Source: Mobula hypostoma (lineage: Eukaryota). Taken from it: a DNA stretch of 64,000 nucleotides. The position numbers were made by a program, and so were the translations under genes. Location of the stretch: the NCBI RefSeq assembly GCF_963921235.1, contig NC_086097.1:95606001-95670000 (forward strand), in the 5' to 3' direction. This document shows positions 12,256 to 26,935 of the stretch, piece by piece; positions within the stretch are counted from its first letter, which is position 1; each line of letters starts with the position of its first letter. Under the pieces are notes generated by a model, which saw only the letters and a program-made list of their open reading frames with translations, was not told the origin of the DNA and did not search any database.

Positions 12256-13489
12256 CAAACCAGGACTATTGAAAATCAGCCACACTACAAAAACCTCTTC
12301 AGAATAATGAAAACAGTATAGAATTATTTAACTAAATTTGGCAACTCAAATTATTTTTTAAAAGTTGCTTGGAACGTGCCTTTCTCTTTAACCGCCTTGC
12401 TGCCAACAGGTCAGAGTTGTTAAACATGTGACAGGTACAACCTGGTGCATATTCAGCAGGTAAGTTTCACAATGTTACTGCCAAGCAGTTCTAGACATTT
12501 AGCATTTTTCCACTGGAGATATCCAGTTCGCAGAAAATTCGGGACTTTGTGTACATTTGTGTGGGAATCCTGAATTCCCTAATGCTCATTGTGTCAGCAT
12601 ACAAATAGACCTGTTGTAGCTTCAGCATATTTATTGGTTGTAAGTAACTGACAGATAAAGAAAATGCCTGACCTAAATATTTTAACAGAATGGCAGAGAA
12701 ACTGTAACACAATTTAGAAGGAACTGTAAAAGTGGTGGCTGTGGGACCCATACCATTCTTGTGCAACACCACAACATTGTCACCCCAATCCCAACCTGGT
12801 TGAATATTCTATTGTTTATGAGGATTGAGTTTTTCAGTGCAGTAGAATAGGCAAAGTAAGACTAAATCTTTCAACTTTCTCTCTGATTGTACAGGAAATC
12901 ACAGCAACTGAGAAGCACCCTCCAGAATCAAAGTTAATGGCAGAAAGTGACCAATATGAGTGATTTGTGAGAGAAAAGTTCTCTCTGCTGAAAAATACCC
13001 CTTGCCAATATGTATTATGTAATTCAGAGCAGAAGTTCCATTTCAGTATTTGGCTCTAAGATTATCGCCACTCTCACCACAATAAATTAGATATTTTACT
13101 CTTTAATAAAATCAAACAATATTGAAAGCAAAACTATTACGGTTAAAAGAAATTGTCCAATTCCCTTGAAGAGCAGTACGGTCCTCTGAGGATTTAGAAT
13201 GCCAAACATGGAACCTGTAACACAGAGGAAAGATCATTTAGTCAAATGTGGGCATCTGTTCTGTGACACACATCATCTGCTCTGTCTAAGCATAAAACAA
13301 GAAATAAAAAATAAAACTAATTTTATGTTTGACTGTTCCATGTTCTAAAATAATATTTACACCTTTGTGGAAAAGTGCTAAATAGTAGTTCAGAACTAGT
13401 TATGCAGCAGTTTCTTTTTACACTCTCTTCACACCAGCTGGTGGGATAGGGGCATTAGCTGTGAAATTGAATGTTAAGTGTTGATAATT

Positions 13490-13870
13490 AAAACACGGAA
13501 AAGTACAGCCCAGGAGTAGGTTCTTTGGCCCATCTGACCATGAGGCCAATCTAACTAATCCCATCTGCCTGCATTCCCCAAACTCTGCCTCTTCACATGT
13601 CTGTTTAAATGCCTCTTAAACATGGTTATTGTATCTGCTTTTACCACTACCTCTGGCAGTGTATTATAAACAAAAACTCAGCTCACATACCTGTACCTCC
13701 TAACATTTTTCCCTTCTTACCTTTAACTTACACCCTCTAGTATTTGACACTTCCACCTGGGAAAAGACTCTGTTTATCTACTCTCTCTGTGCCTCTTAAT
13801 TTTAAATTCTTCTATCACGTCTCCTGTCAGCCTCTGATGCACTAAAGAAAAATCCTAAATTTGTTCAACT
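13490..13870 (-). mobile_element. CR1 3' fragment
   Basis: Reverse complement of a CR1 3' tail and C-terminal coding region. Confidence 0.65.
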
Positions 13871-14072
13871 TTAATTTCAACCGTATTATAACTAATACAG
13901 TCCAGTCAGAATCCTCAGCAGTTTAAATGTGCTAATCATTTCATGACGGATCGCAGTTCTCTGCAGAACACTTAATTTCAGAGCCCAAAGCCTCAATTCT
14001 TCAAGTGATTACTCTGTAGTGGACAGACCTAGCTATACCACACGTATCAACAGAATTAAAGGAGGTACTCAC

Positions 14073-14344
14073 GATGACCATGTCAATGTTTTGTTATTTA
14101 AAATCCTTCAGTTTCTGCTTCTGTTTGTAGTTAACTGGCTGATGCTCCAAGGGACCCGACAGCTTTTCAGCCTAACTTTGTCCTCCAAGTCCATCTTTTC
14201 CGTGATTAGGGTCATTTAATTTTCTCAAGGAGCTTGTCATCTCTCAGGTAGTTTGAAAACATGTCAAACACTTCCATATTCCATTCTGCTCTTCAGTATT
14301 TTCTTGCATCTTGTTAGGGACTTTGGTGATTGAGTAAGGTTCCA
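14073..14344 (-). other. Candidate non-coding/UTR exon
   Basis: Acceptor tttgtttttcttgcag| at 14345 and donor |gtgagt at 14072. An upstream donor CAG|gtgaga at 14544 would define a 200-nt intron. No protein-like reading frame recognised. Confidence 0.35.
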
Positions 14345-17300
14345 CTGCAAGAAAAACAAAGTACAAATCTCCTGTGAAATAAGATGCCCTCTCTGCCATC
14401 TGTTTGCCCAATGCAAAAGCTGAAGATACTAAGTTTATCAAAGCCATTCATAAGCACTCTCAGCCAAAAATAATCTTTGCAACGATAGTGTAAACTAGAA
14501 TTTCCAGGTTGTTCACTGTTATCATAATCTCATGTTATTCTCACCTGTGCTCTTCTGAAGATGCTGCCTTCCATTCATGGGATTTTGAGTGGTGATTTTT
14601 TAAAAATATATATGCGTTTAAAGAAAACTGAGAACTACTGTCAACCAATTTAGATCTCCCTTCTATCACTGGAGTTCATAGATCTCAGTAACTTCAGAGT
14701 ATAAATATGAATAAATGTAATTATCATTTTCACTCTCACAGCTAGATTCACTAGGCAACTGGATGTCAAACAAAACTGCACCTCTGGAATAACTTCAGTT
14801 AATATTTAACAGCAGTTAATAATTTATTGGGCAGTGAAAATGATAACAACCAGGAACTGGAGTTGATGAGCATAAATTGTTAATTGTAATGCAATTGATC
14901 AGACTTTCTTTGGGGATTACTGGTGTGATTTTCCATTCCTTGGTGTCTCCATACTGAAGCGTTACCACAAATTTAAGACTGCTTCAAGTGCAGCTAAGGC
15001 TCAGCCATATTGGTGTAGGATTGGACATGGATAATAAGCTTTGTTTCCTAAAAGGCAGTATTGAATCATTTGGGTTACAATGGCAACATATTTATATCCA
15101 GTTTTGCTCAAAGCGCCTGTTTCATATCCAGATATTCAATACAAATACTGGAGCTGTCATGGTGGAATTTGAGCACATCCCTCAAGCCCTTGGATTGCTG
15201 GTCCAATGTCCTAACTGCATCAACTAATAATACAAAGACATTACTTGCCCTCATGTTAGATGATGAAGCCTTCCAGAGGATGGAAAGACACAAAGCTACA
15301 TACCTGCTTGTCAGGAGAGGTGCCGTCCTCCAGGATGTCAAGGTAAATCACAACTCCAGTCAAAAAGGGTCAACAGCAGGTTGACAACTTTGTCCAGATC
15401 TCCAATGAACATTGTGAACGTGCCAACCTTATTGGTTTGCAGACACCTCTCACCATGGCCTTTGTCTCATTATGCATCCGGCGGTTGAACAGGATGTCGA
15501 CCTTCATGATCTCTCAGGCATCAAGCAGCACCTTCAGCTTCTTGCTTATAATATCCATCAGTTCCTGGTGTTAGACCAAAACTAGACCAGCCAAAAATGC
15601 CGGGGCTTTCAGAATAAAACTACATATCAGCCCCAATCTCAAGTTAATCATAGTTACCGGTGAAAAGAAACATTTCAAAACAGTTCAATATCTAATTTAG
15701 TTGCTCATAGCTTATTTTTGCTATGAGGTATTATGCAAAAGGACAAATTTTTGTCTGCATGCTGGACTTGCAGCCGAATCTAGTACTTGCCACACAGGAC
15801 TAATTCAGAATCTAGAGGTGGCTAGTTGTTTATTTACTATTCAGAAATTGAATCCGTTAATTCCCTTGGTTGACAATTTGTAGATGGTGTGCAAGGCAGG
15901 TTCTACGAACATTTTCACACTTTGAGAGTGATTTTATAGCGAAAGCATGTGCCAGTATTGTAATTCACCAATCCTTCAGTATTATAACACAAGCCTTTGG
16001 TTTTTTGAGAAAATGAGTCTTTAAAAATTAAGACCTCAAATCTGGCCCAAGGCTTGGGGTTCATCAGGAAGCAATGATCCCTGTTCTTTGGACTACCTTC
16101 ACCAATTACCTTGATAATACTGCAGAGAAAAAGCCCCAGTGTTATCTCAATAAAATCCTCCAACTATGTCATCAGAGAAAGTAAACTAATGTTGGCATCC
16201 TTACCCAGGCCAACATCTTCAGAACTGAGGTCTCAATTAAACTGAGCCTGTTCCAGAGCATAGACCTTATTGTTCACATGCTTGATATCAGACCTTTCTG
16301 GAACAGACTCTTCTGATCTCTGTCACAAGAGATTACTGTAGACCCAGAAAGAGATTGAAAGATGTTTTCAGAGTCTCATCATAAAGGGTGATATTCCAAT
16401 GATCTGTGGGATTCCCTGGCAACAATGATTCAAAATGGACAGAGTGCATTTGGGATGGTATTGAGTACTCTGGAAATATGTGTCAGCAGCAGCACCAGTT
16501 TAGAAGATGGAAGGAATGCAGGCAGCATGCTGAGCTCATTAGTTATCTTGGAAGCAAGATTTCCTCCAATCTGAGACTCCCCAAGGGGATTATTACTTAT
16601 GGCTTCTGCCACACTTGTGGCTGGTCAGTGATTGCTTTTGGGCCATATTAGGCCACAGAATCCGACTGAAAGCACTCTAAATTTACAAGATTTTTTGTAA
16701 CTCAAATGGCAATGGAATTGGCCAAAACCTATTTTTAAAACTCCAGATTAGGCTGCTGTAAAATCCACACAAAACTCTAAGCTTTCTCTGGTGTATTGTT
16801 TTCACCAACAGTGCTACCTCTATGCACTTTATCAGGCCAGATGCAGAAGCAAACATTTTGGTTCCCTCAAATAATGCAGATGTTGCCAATTTAACCAAAA
16901 CAAGGGAACTACTGGCTGCCTCTCCACCTCGCAAAGGTTACTCAGGATGGCCAATATAAATTGGCCTTGTCTGCATCCCATGAATGAATTGGAAAGAGAA
17001 TTCCCTAAGTGCATTTCAGGTTAAAGCAGTTAATTGAATAAGACAAAAATAAAAAGAAATAGCAATGTGCTGACAAGGACAGATGAGAAGGGCTGGGAGG
17101 ATGGTTGAGTGGATCATGAACACTGACACCAACCAGCTGAATCTATAGATATGATTTTTAAACAACCTGGATGGGATTATTTCCTAAGAATTCTACTTAG
17201 AAATTAATTATCTCCAACTTCAGAGGTACAGCTTCTGCCCAGGTTAATAACTTCATCGCAGTGCTGACTCCTACCTGTTTCTCAACACAACATGGGTCCA

Positions 17301-18284
17301 CATCATAGAGATAGAGAAGAGAAAACTTCGGATCAAATTAAATATCATCCTGAGAATGATTCCTTACCACATTCAAACCATTCGGAGATACAGCCTGGCT
17401 AAATCTATTTAGTTTAGGGGCTGTTTTCTATTCTGAGCAGAAGACAAGTATTGGCATGCAGTAAACTTTATCACTTCTGTTGCTTAGGTTAGTCAAAGCC
17501 AACCAACTGAAAAACCTTCATTTCTGCATGGCTGCCGTTTACTTCATCTTCAAAGTCTCCCCTTTTCTCTACCTATTGCTGTATATTCAGTGGCTCAGCC
17601 TTTGCTGGAAGAGGGGGGTGGGGTGGGGGTACCACAGTACATTGTGTGTAAAGTGTTTTCTTATAGCCTATCAGGTCATTGCCAGCTGCAAATGTAGCAT
17701 TCTTGTCAGGCCCATTTCCACCAGTCCCTTGTGAAAATCCTGATCGATACTGCTTCCACCATTCCAACAGGCAATGAGTCCCAGATCAGAACCACTCACG
17801 GTATTTAAAAAAAATTACAATGACATTCCCTTGTATTTTTTGCCCAAAGTTTAAAAAAGCAAGGCTATGTCTGTGAACCATTTAGTACTGGGAACAGCTT
17901 CCCTCTGTCTAGTACCCTGTCCATGCAGTCAACATGGTTCACTCTTGACTACTGTATCTCCTCAGGTCAGGGTAATCAGAGGTAGACAATCCAGTGACAT
18001 CCACTTCCCTTGAACAAATTTGTAAAAGTCTAAGTCATGATCTTATGCAGCAGGGGAAATACTTTTTCTTTGGTTTCTCCTTCAAATTCTTTCAACTGGA
18101 TTGACCTATTCTATTATGTTCCAAGGAATACAAGTCTAACCCAGAAAATTACACTTTCTTTTCAACTAAGTTAAATGCCTCTTTTATTCAAGCATGGTCA
18201 CTGCTCTGATTTGGATATGTAGCAACCATTCTATAAACAATGTCTGACAGACAGTAAGTGGCAATGACCAGATAACTTATCTGT

Positions 18285-18480
18285 GAGTTTGGCTGAAAGA
18301 TATTGACTAAGACATAGTGAAGAGCTCTTTAGCTCAGCCGTAAATAGAGCCGTGGAATATTTAATGGCCAGACACACAAGACTTTGATTTAAACTCATTT
18401 GAAAGACAACAATGGATTATTCCCTGAGGCCTGTACTCACATCTGTCAAAACCTAGACCTATATATTACCTTACCACCCT
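18285..18480 (-). mobile_element. Ancient Deu-SINE (SacSINE1/AmnSINE1-like) relic
   Basis: atattgactaagac...aaatagagccgtggaatattt...tttaaactcatttgaaagac resembles the recalled Deu domain in reverse orientation. Confidence 0.45.
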
Positions 18481-18774
18481 TTAAAGATAAAAGAGTAGAG
18501 TTATCATAACACTGTTTCTATAAAAGCCTCACTAAGCTTACAAGTTCAGTTGCGAGGTTCATAGAATAGTATTGTTGGAATTTTCTGTGTAAAACTGCAC
18601 TGTCAGTTTTAGCTCAGTGCAACGCCTGAACTATTTCTCACCAAAGCCAACTTTAAACCTTGTGGATGCCACCTTGGCAAACAACTCCTAAGGGGACATA
18701 TGACAACAAGAAGAAACTTCTACCAGCTGACAGAGTGTAGCTGCTTAATGAATGGATGCCGCAGTGCCAGAAGG

Positions 18775-19082
18775 TGATGGTGCAGTTGTGGATCCAGTGA
18801 AACTGATGCCTCACAGTACCAGAGACCAGCGTTCGCTCCTGATCTCAGCTACTGTCAGTGTGCAGCTTGCTTGTTCTCTCTTCCCTTCCACAAATACATG
18901 CAGGTTGCTAAGTTAATTAGCTACAGTAAATTGCCAGTGAATTATATAATCTGGGGAGGGGGGGATGGTGATTAAAAAATGAGGAGAAAAAAAATGGGAT
19001 TATATTGATGCTTGCCACCCTTGCCATTTTCGGTAGGCTAAAGGGCTTGTTTTTGCGCTGTATCTTTCTATCACTGACTCTA
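18775..19082 (+). mobile_element. V-SINE (HE1-like) with CR1-type tail
   Basis: gcctcacagtaccagagaccagcgttcgctcctg tRNA-like head; ggctaaagggcttgttttgcgctgtatct tail. Confidence 0.65.
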
Positions 19083-22000
19083 AGATGGTACTTGCAGACA
19101 TTCAAAGGGAGCTTAGCAGATTCATGAAAGGATGAGGCATTTTCTTAGGACAAGGGAGCCACAAGTATCCACAAGGATTACAGCCAAGTGGTCATGGTAG
19201 GATATTACCAGGGAGTTTTTCATAAGGATTAATACAACACAGGTACAATCACTGACTACCTACACATTAGGGAAGCATGCAATGCAAGCAAGTGCCCGTG
19301 TCCGTACTGTCCTTTTCTGTGGACGTAAGTAATTGGAACAAGGTGGGGAGAGGGGGGTTCGTGGCTCCACTGTTCCTATCATTCATTCTATGGGGTTTCT
19401 TGTCTTGCGGATGTCTGTGAGGAGTACGAATTTCAGGTTGTACACTGTATACATTCTTTGATATTAAATAAACCTTAGAAGTGTACTGGATATAGTTCTC
19501 ATCACGTGACAGGAACAATTTGAGCTGGGATTGATGCACAGCACATTTATAAGGATGCTGGCCAGGAATGGGACATTGTGGCTAAGAGGAATGACTGAAT
19601 AAGCCACAGGCACTTTCTTTGAAACTAAAGAAGCTACGGGAAGACAAAACTGAGCTGTATAAAATAATGTCATCCTTCATAGATCCTTGAGCAAAGATCT
19701 ATTCCCCTTATCAAAGGGGTCAAAAAACAAATAACATAGAGTTCAAGTAATTGGTAGGAGGACTGGGGAGATGACGAGGAAACCCAGAGAGTGGTCTGAA
19801 CTCACTGCCTGAAAGTATGGTAGAAGCAGAAATCCTTATCATATTGAAATATTACTTAGTTGTGTTCTTGAAGTGCTGTGACTTGCACATAGTGCTGGAC
19901 ACTGGGATCAGGCACAGGCATAATTAGACAAAAGGCCACATGATTCATAAGTTTTCCGTGTTTCCATGATTCTCCCCTTCAGCATGGAAGTTGGGTGACC
20001 TTTCCAATGCATTCATCAATAGCAACAGTGAGATGCGGAGGAGAGCGGAAGCAGTAACCGGGAATGATCCTGAGACTAACAAGGTGATGGTGACCTCTAT
20101 GGGCAAAGCAGTCCAATCCACAAGCAAGGTTCATGGTTGCAGAAGCTCACAGATGTCTGTGAAAACAAAGACAAGGGTGATTTTACACAAACCCTTTAAG
20201 TAGATTAGTTCCAAGGGAAACAGTTAGTAAAACCTATCTGTCAGAGAACCGACAGTTCCTTTCTACTCATGATTTCTACTAAATCAGTCACATTGGAGGT
20301 GAATTTTGCCTGATGCTTGACCTGCTGGTGGATAAGATGCTCACATGAATAGAAATTCCATCAAAAATTCATGAGTCAAATTTCTTGATGGGCATTAAGT
20401 CACCCAAAAATGAGCACTCATTATTGAAGTCTGGTTTTCAGCTACACAGTGCTGTTTTTTAGCTTTTGGAGTTACTTGAAGGAATTTCTAGGCAATATCT
20501 TTTAGATTGAGCTTGAGGTTAGAAGAATTTCGACTGACGTGGTCTCAACTTTTCAGGAGAATTATATACAGTACTTCATAATACGCACTCAGGTAGCTGA
20601 ATTATTTTTAAATTAGTTTCTGAACCCTCCTTCCTGTGAACATTGCCAGAGATGGTCTAATTTGAAAAATCTCTAAAGTGCACAGAGTGAGAGATGACGT
20701 GCCGATGAGGGTAGGAACAGTTGGTTGACCCCCACTCATTGCCTGGCTGGATTTGACCAGGACAGCTATCCTAAGCTGGCAAAAAGTCTTCAAATATAAA
20801 GATTGGGCTCTAACTATGCATTGCAACCCCAATCTACCACTTTAACCAGAGAAAGCAGAGGTGAAGTTGCCACTGGTTCCTTATTATAAGGTACTTCCTT
20901 TATTTCATAATGAAGTATGAGACCAATATTGGATAGCTTCTCTTCTCTTATTATTTTCCTGACTTAGAAGCTCGGTCCATGGATTCTGAGCCCCAAGCTT
21001 GGAAAGAAATATGTTCTTGTTCTTTGCTGGTTTCCTGGTGAATGCAAATAAACCCCAAAACAAAAATGACTGAAAATGCCAACAGTGTGCTTCAAACAAA
21101 AGGGACAGGTCATGGGTGGGACTTCTCATCACAAGCAAGGGCTGTTGCCAGGACATGGCCTGTTGACATGAGTAAGACTCCCTTGGCTTTGCCAGCACTC
21201 CCAGAAATGCTGATTGGGAGGATCACACCGGTGGGTTTCAATGAATTCAGTCAACAATGAGACGGCAGTCCTTGTCACTGACACGCAAAGTCCCGTGCCC
21301 TTATGTCTGTTGGGAGACTTTGAATAACAAAGCATCCTAGGATCATTGAGCTCAGGACCAGCCCAGGACTCAGTCCACATGAGGTTGGAGAGGTATATAT
21401 AGGGATGCGGGCAACATGTGCAGAGCTGCCAAAATCCTGTGCAGATATGGGGCATCACATCCAAACGTGATTCTTGGCAGAACAACTCCTACATGACTTA
21501 CTTCCCTTGCTCCGTGCACTAAGCCAACACATCACTCCTCTCTCCTTGTTAAGTACATCCCTTTCCCGCCAACACCAGTCTCAACAACTCAATTAAGAAC
21601 ATAAACAGGAGCTGGAATGAACCATTCAGCCGATTGTGCCTGCAAATGGCTGATCTTCTACCTCAGAATCACTTTTCAGCATCAACCACACAACCCCTGA
21701 TTTCCTCAACATCCAAAAGTCCATCAACTTGTCTTGAATTTACTCCGCAACTATCTAGCATCCTTATGTAGAAAACTGGATGAAGACGTTTCATATCATT
21801 TCAGTCATGGATCACTTATTTTGAATTGGTGACCACAGGTTGGAAACACCCCACCCAGGATAACATGCTCCACAGAAGCAGCCAGACTATGCTCATAAAA
21901 GCATTTTATATTGTCTCTCCTTCATCAACCTTTAAAGAGTACAGGCACCTCCTACTAGATCTGCACCCACTGGATGAGCCACAAGTGTATCCTCTTCAGC

Positions 22001-22371
22001 AGGGTGGGCAGGATTTACAACCCCAGTCTTCCTCCAGGAGACACTCACAAAGACTGTGTTTTGTCTTGTCATACATAACCACCTCTGGTTAAATATACAC
22101 ATGGCATTACACCTGCGTCTCTGTCCTTAGCTCCCCACAGCCCCATTCCTCACGGCTCCCTCACCGCCCACATTCACTGACCCCACTCACTAGTTTCTTA
22201 TTCATTCACTGCTCCAGTCTCTGTCTCCTCCTTCCTAATCACAATGCCCGCGTTCCCGCCTCTCCACTCAATACTCCCAGTGGTTTAATTGCCACATCGT
22301 TCATGCTCCCGTCCACTTTGCCAGAGCTCTGCCACTGACTCAAAGCTGCACAGAAACACATATGTCCTCAC

Positions 22372-25300
22372 CTGTACCAGTTATACAGTGACAGATCCAC
22401 CCCTGTCAGTACTGTATCCCAGTATTATACAGTGACAGACCCATCCCCAGCAGTACTGTATCCCAGTGTTATACAGTGACAGGCCCATCCCCAGCAGTAC
22501 TGAATCCCAGTGTTATACAGTGACAGACCCATCCCCAGCAGTACTGTAACCCAGCGTTATACAGTGACAGACCCATACCCAGCAGTACTGTAACCCAGCG
22601 TTATACAGTGACAGACCCATCCCCACCAGTACTGTAACCCAGTGTTATACAGTGACAGACCGATCCCCACCAGTACTGTATCCCAGTGTTATACAGTGAC
22701 AGACCCATCCCCAGCAGTACTGTACCCCAGTGTTATACAGTGACAGACCCATCCCTAAAAGTACTGTATTCCAGTGTTATACAGTGACAGACCCATCCCC
22801 ACCAGTACTGTAACCCAGTGTTATACAGTGACAGACCCATCCCTACCAGTACTGTATCCCAGTGTTATACAGTGACAGACCCATCCCCAGCAGTACTGTA
22901 TCCCAGTGTTATACAGTGACAGATCCATCCCCACCAGTACTGTATCCCAGTGTTATACAGTGACAGACCCATCCCCAGCAGTACTGTACCCCAGTGTTAT
23001 ACAGTGACAGACCCATCCCGACCAGTACTGTATTCCAGTGTTATACAGTGACAGACCCATCCCCACCAGTACTGTAACCCAGTGTTATACAGTGACAGAC
23101 CCATCCCCACCAGTACTGTAACCCAGTGTTATACAGTGACAGAACCATCCCCAGCAGTACTATACCCTGGTGTTTTACAGTGACAGGCCTGTCCCCAGCA
23201 GTACTGTACCCCAGTATTATACAGTGATGCCTGTTCCTAGCAGTATTGTACCCCAGTGTTATACAGTGACAGATCCGTCCCCAGCAGTACTGTACCCCAC
23301 TGTTATACAGTGACAGACCCAATCCCCACCAGTACTGTACCCCAGTGTAATACAGTGACAGACCTGTCCCCAGCAGTACTGTACCCCAGTATCATACAGT
23401 GACAGACCCGTCTCCAGCAGTACTGTACCCCACTGTTATACAGTGACAGGCCCAATCCCCACCAGTACTGTACCCCAGTGTAATACAGTGACAGACCTGT
23501 CCCCAGCAGTACTGTACCCCAGTATCATACAGTGACAGACCCGTCTCCAGCAGTACTGTACCCCACTGTTATACAGTGACAGGCCCAATCCCCACCAGTA
23601 CTGTACCCCAGTGTAATACAGTGACAGACCTGTCCCCAGCAGTACTGTACCCCAGTGTTATACAGTGACAGACCCGTCCCCAGCAGTACTGTAACCCAGC
23701 GTTATACAGTGACAGACCCATCCCTACCAGTACTGTATTCCAGTGTTATACAGTGACAGACCCATCCCCACCAGTACTGTAACCCAGTGTTATACAGTGA
23801 CAGACCCATCCCCACCAGTACTGTACCCCAGTGTTATACAGTGACAGACCCATCCCCACCAGTACTGTAACCCAGTGTTATACAGTGACAGACCCATCCC
23901 TACCAGTACTGTATTCCAGTGTTATACAGTGACAGACCCATCCCCAGCAGTACTGTAACCCAGTGTTATACAGTGACAGACCCATCCCCACCAGTACTGT
24001 ATCCCAGTGTTATACAGTGACAGAACCGTCCCCAGCAGTACTATACCCTGGTGTTTTACAGTGACAGGCCTGTCCCCAGCAGTACTGTACCCCAGTATTA
24101 TACAGTGATGCCTGTTCCTAGCAGTATTGTACCCCAGTGTTATACAGTGACAGACCTGTACCCCAGTGTTATACAGTGACAGACCCATCCCCAGCAGTAT
24201 GCTACCCCAGTGTAATACAGTGACAGACCCATCTCCAGCAGTACTGTACCCCACTGTTATACAGTGACAGATCCGTCCCCACCAGTACTGTACCCAGTGT
24301 TATACAGTGACAGACCTGTCCCCAGCAGTACTGTACCTCAATGTTATACAGTGACAGACCCGTCTCCAGCAGTACTGTACCCCAGTGTTATACAATGACA
24401 GTCCCATTCTCACCAGTACTGTACCCCAGTGTTATATAGTGACAGACCCATCCCCACCAGTACTGTACCCCAGTGTTATACAGTGACAAACCTGTAGCCA
24501 GGTTTACTGTACCCCAGTGTTATACAGTGACAGACCCGTCCCCAGCAGTACTGTACCCCAGCATTATACAGTGACAGACCTGTCCCCAGCAGTACTGTAC
24601 CCCAGCATTATACAGTTACAGACCTGTCTCCGGCAGTACTGTACCCCAGCGTTATACAGTGACAGACCTGTCCTCAGCAGTACTGTACTCCAGTGTCATA
24701 CAGTGACAGGCCCATCCCCAGCAGTACCCTACCCCAGTGTCATAGTGACAGACCTGTCCCCAGCAGTACTGTACCCCAGTGTTATACAGTGACAGACCCA
24801 TCCCCAGCAGTACTCTACCCCAGTGTTATACAGTGACAGGCCCATCCCCAGCAGTACTCTACCCCAGTGTTATACAGTGACAGGCCCATCCCCAGCAGTA
24901 CTGAATCCCAGTGTTATACAGTGACAGACCCATCCCCAGCAGTACTCTACCCCAGTGCCATACAGTGACAGGCCCATCCCCAGCAGTACTGTACCCCAGT
25001 GTCATAGTGACAGACCTGTCCCCAGCAGTACTGTACCCCAGTGTTATACAGTGACAGACCCATCCGCACCAGTACTGAATCCCAGTGTTATACAGCGACA
25101 GTCCTGTCCCAGCAGTACTGTACTCCAGTGTTATACAGTGACAGACACATCCCCAGCAGTACTGTACCCCAGTGTTATACAGTGACAGACCCATCCGCAC
25201 CAGTACTGAATCCCAGTGTTATACAGTGACAGACCTGTCCCCAGCAGTACAGTATCCCAGTGTTATACAGCGACAGTCCTGTCCCAGCAGTACTGTACTC

Positions 25301-25430
25301 CAGTGTTATACAATGACAGACCCATCCCCACCAGTACTGTACCCCAGTGTTATACAGTGACAGACCCATCCGCACCAGTACTGAATCCCAGTGTTATACA
25401 GTGACAGTCCTGTCCCAGCAGTACTGTACC
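22372..25430. repeat. 44-bp minisatellite, ~70 copies (ttatacagtgacagacccatccccagcagtactgtaccccagtg)
   Basis: Direct tandem periodicity of 44 (ttatac at 22381, 22425, ...) with variant units and no unique spacers. Confidence 0.98.
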
Positions 25431-26177
25431 AACTTAGTAATGGCAGGTCCATCAATGTGTATTTCTGAGTGTAGGGGCTATGTGTTCCTGTATCTGGGTT
25501 TGGTATCAGAAGACAAGACCAAATCCGACATGATCCCTACAGTTCTCGTCCCTGGACGCCTGCTGCATGGATACTCTGATGCCAGGCCCATTCAGGTTCT
25601 CTGGGATTGGCACTACGGGCTCCAGGCCTGGTGCTGTGGGGATCCTGTGACCCGCAGCTGATGGATACAATGAAATGGTACCTTAGCTATTCCCAGAAGT
25701 TCGGTGGAAGTCTCTGACAGAGAGAGGAAGTTGGATTGAGGAGTGGAAACTGGAGACGGGAACAACTGAGTTGGCTGGAAAGGAGAGGAAGGGAAGGGAA
25801 AGAAGCCTTGAGCTGCCGGTAGCCCCATATAAATGACAAGACATGAGGTATTAAAGTTGAAAATTGGCTGCACTGCACAGCGTAACAGTTCCCCATCCTA
25901 CGCACCTAACCTACAAGGTTCGTTCTGGACCAGTCCTGAGTCCTGAGGTACTCTGGGCATGTTTGGTTCCATGTTAGTGACAAGAGTCTGGGGTTTTACT
26001 GTCCCTGGGAAACATTGCCGGCTCAATGCTGACTTCCAAGTTAATTGAAACTTACCTGGTGCGACCTTCCCAGCAGGCTATCTCAGCAGAGTCATTCCTG
26101 GGGGAGATGGCACAAGCCCCATCCTACCCATGACCTCCCCTTTAATGGTCAAAGTACATTGCAGCACAGCCAGGGTT

Positions 26178-26861
<684 letters not shown>

Positions 26862-26908
26862 TCAGCTCTCAGCGCCTGTGCCGACATTGGATCTGCATCG
26901 GGTGAGCA

Positions 26909-26935
26909 AGAGAGAGAGAGAGAGAGAGAGGAGAG
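26909..26935. repeat. (GA)n microsatellite
   Basis: agagagag run directly visible. Confidence 0.9.

Noticed and set aside
12410..12459. Plus-strand 50-nt exon ending in CAG|GTAAGT
   Set aside because: Isolated, with no recognisable peptide or partner exons on that strand.
20360..20830. Promoter suggested by TGAGTCA, TGACGT and TATAAA motifs
   Set aside because: Short motifs expected by chance; no CpG island or linked exon.
1..22000. PLEK2 exons expected from mammalian synteny
   Set aside because: I found no segment resembling the PLEK2 N-terminus or PH domains by eye; a tBLASTn search would be needed to exclude it.
22372..25430. CRISPR array or repetitive protein-coding ORFs
   Set aside because: Head-to-tail tandem units with no unique spacers, no cas genes and a vertebrate context; the 44-bp unit is not a multiple of 3, so the ORFs are incidental.
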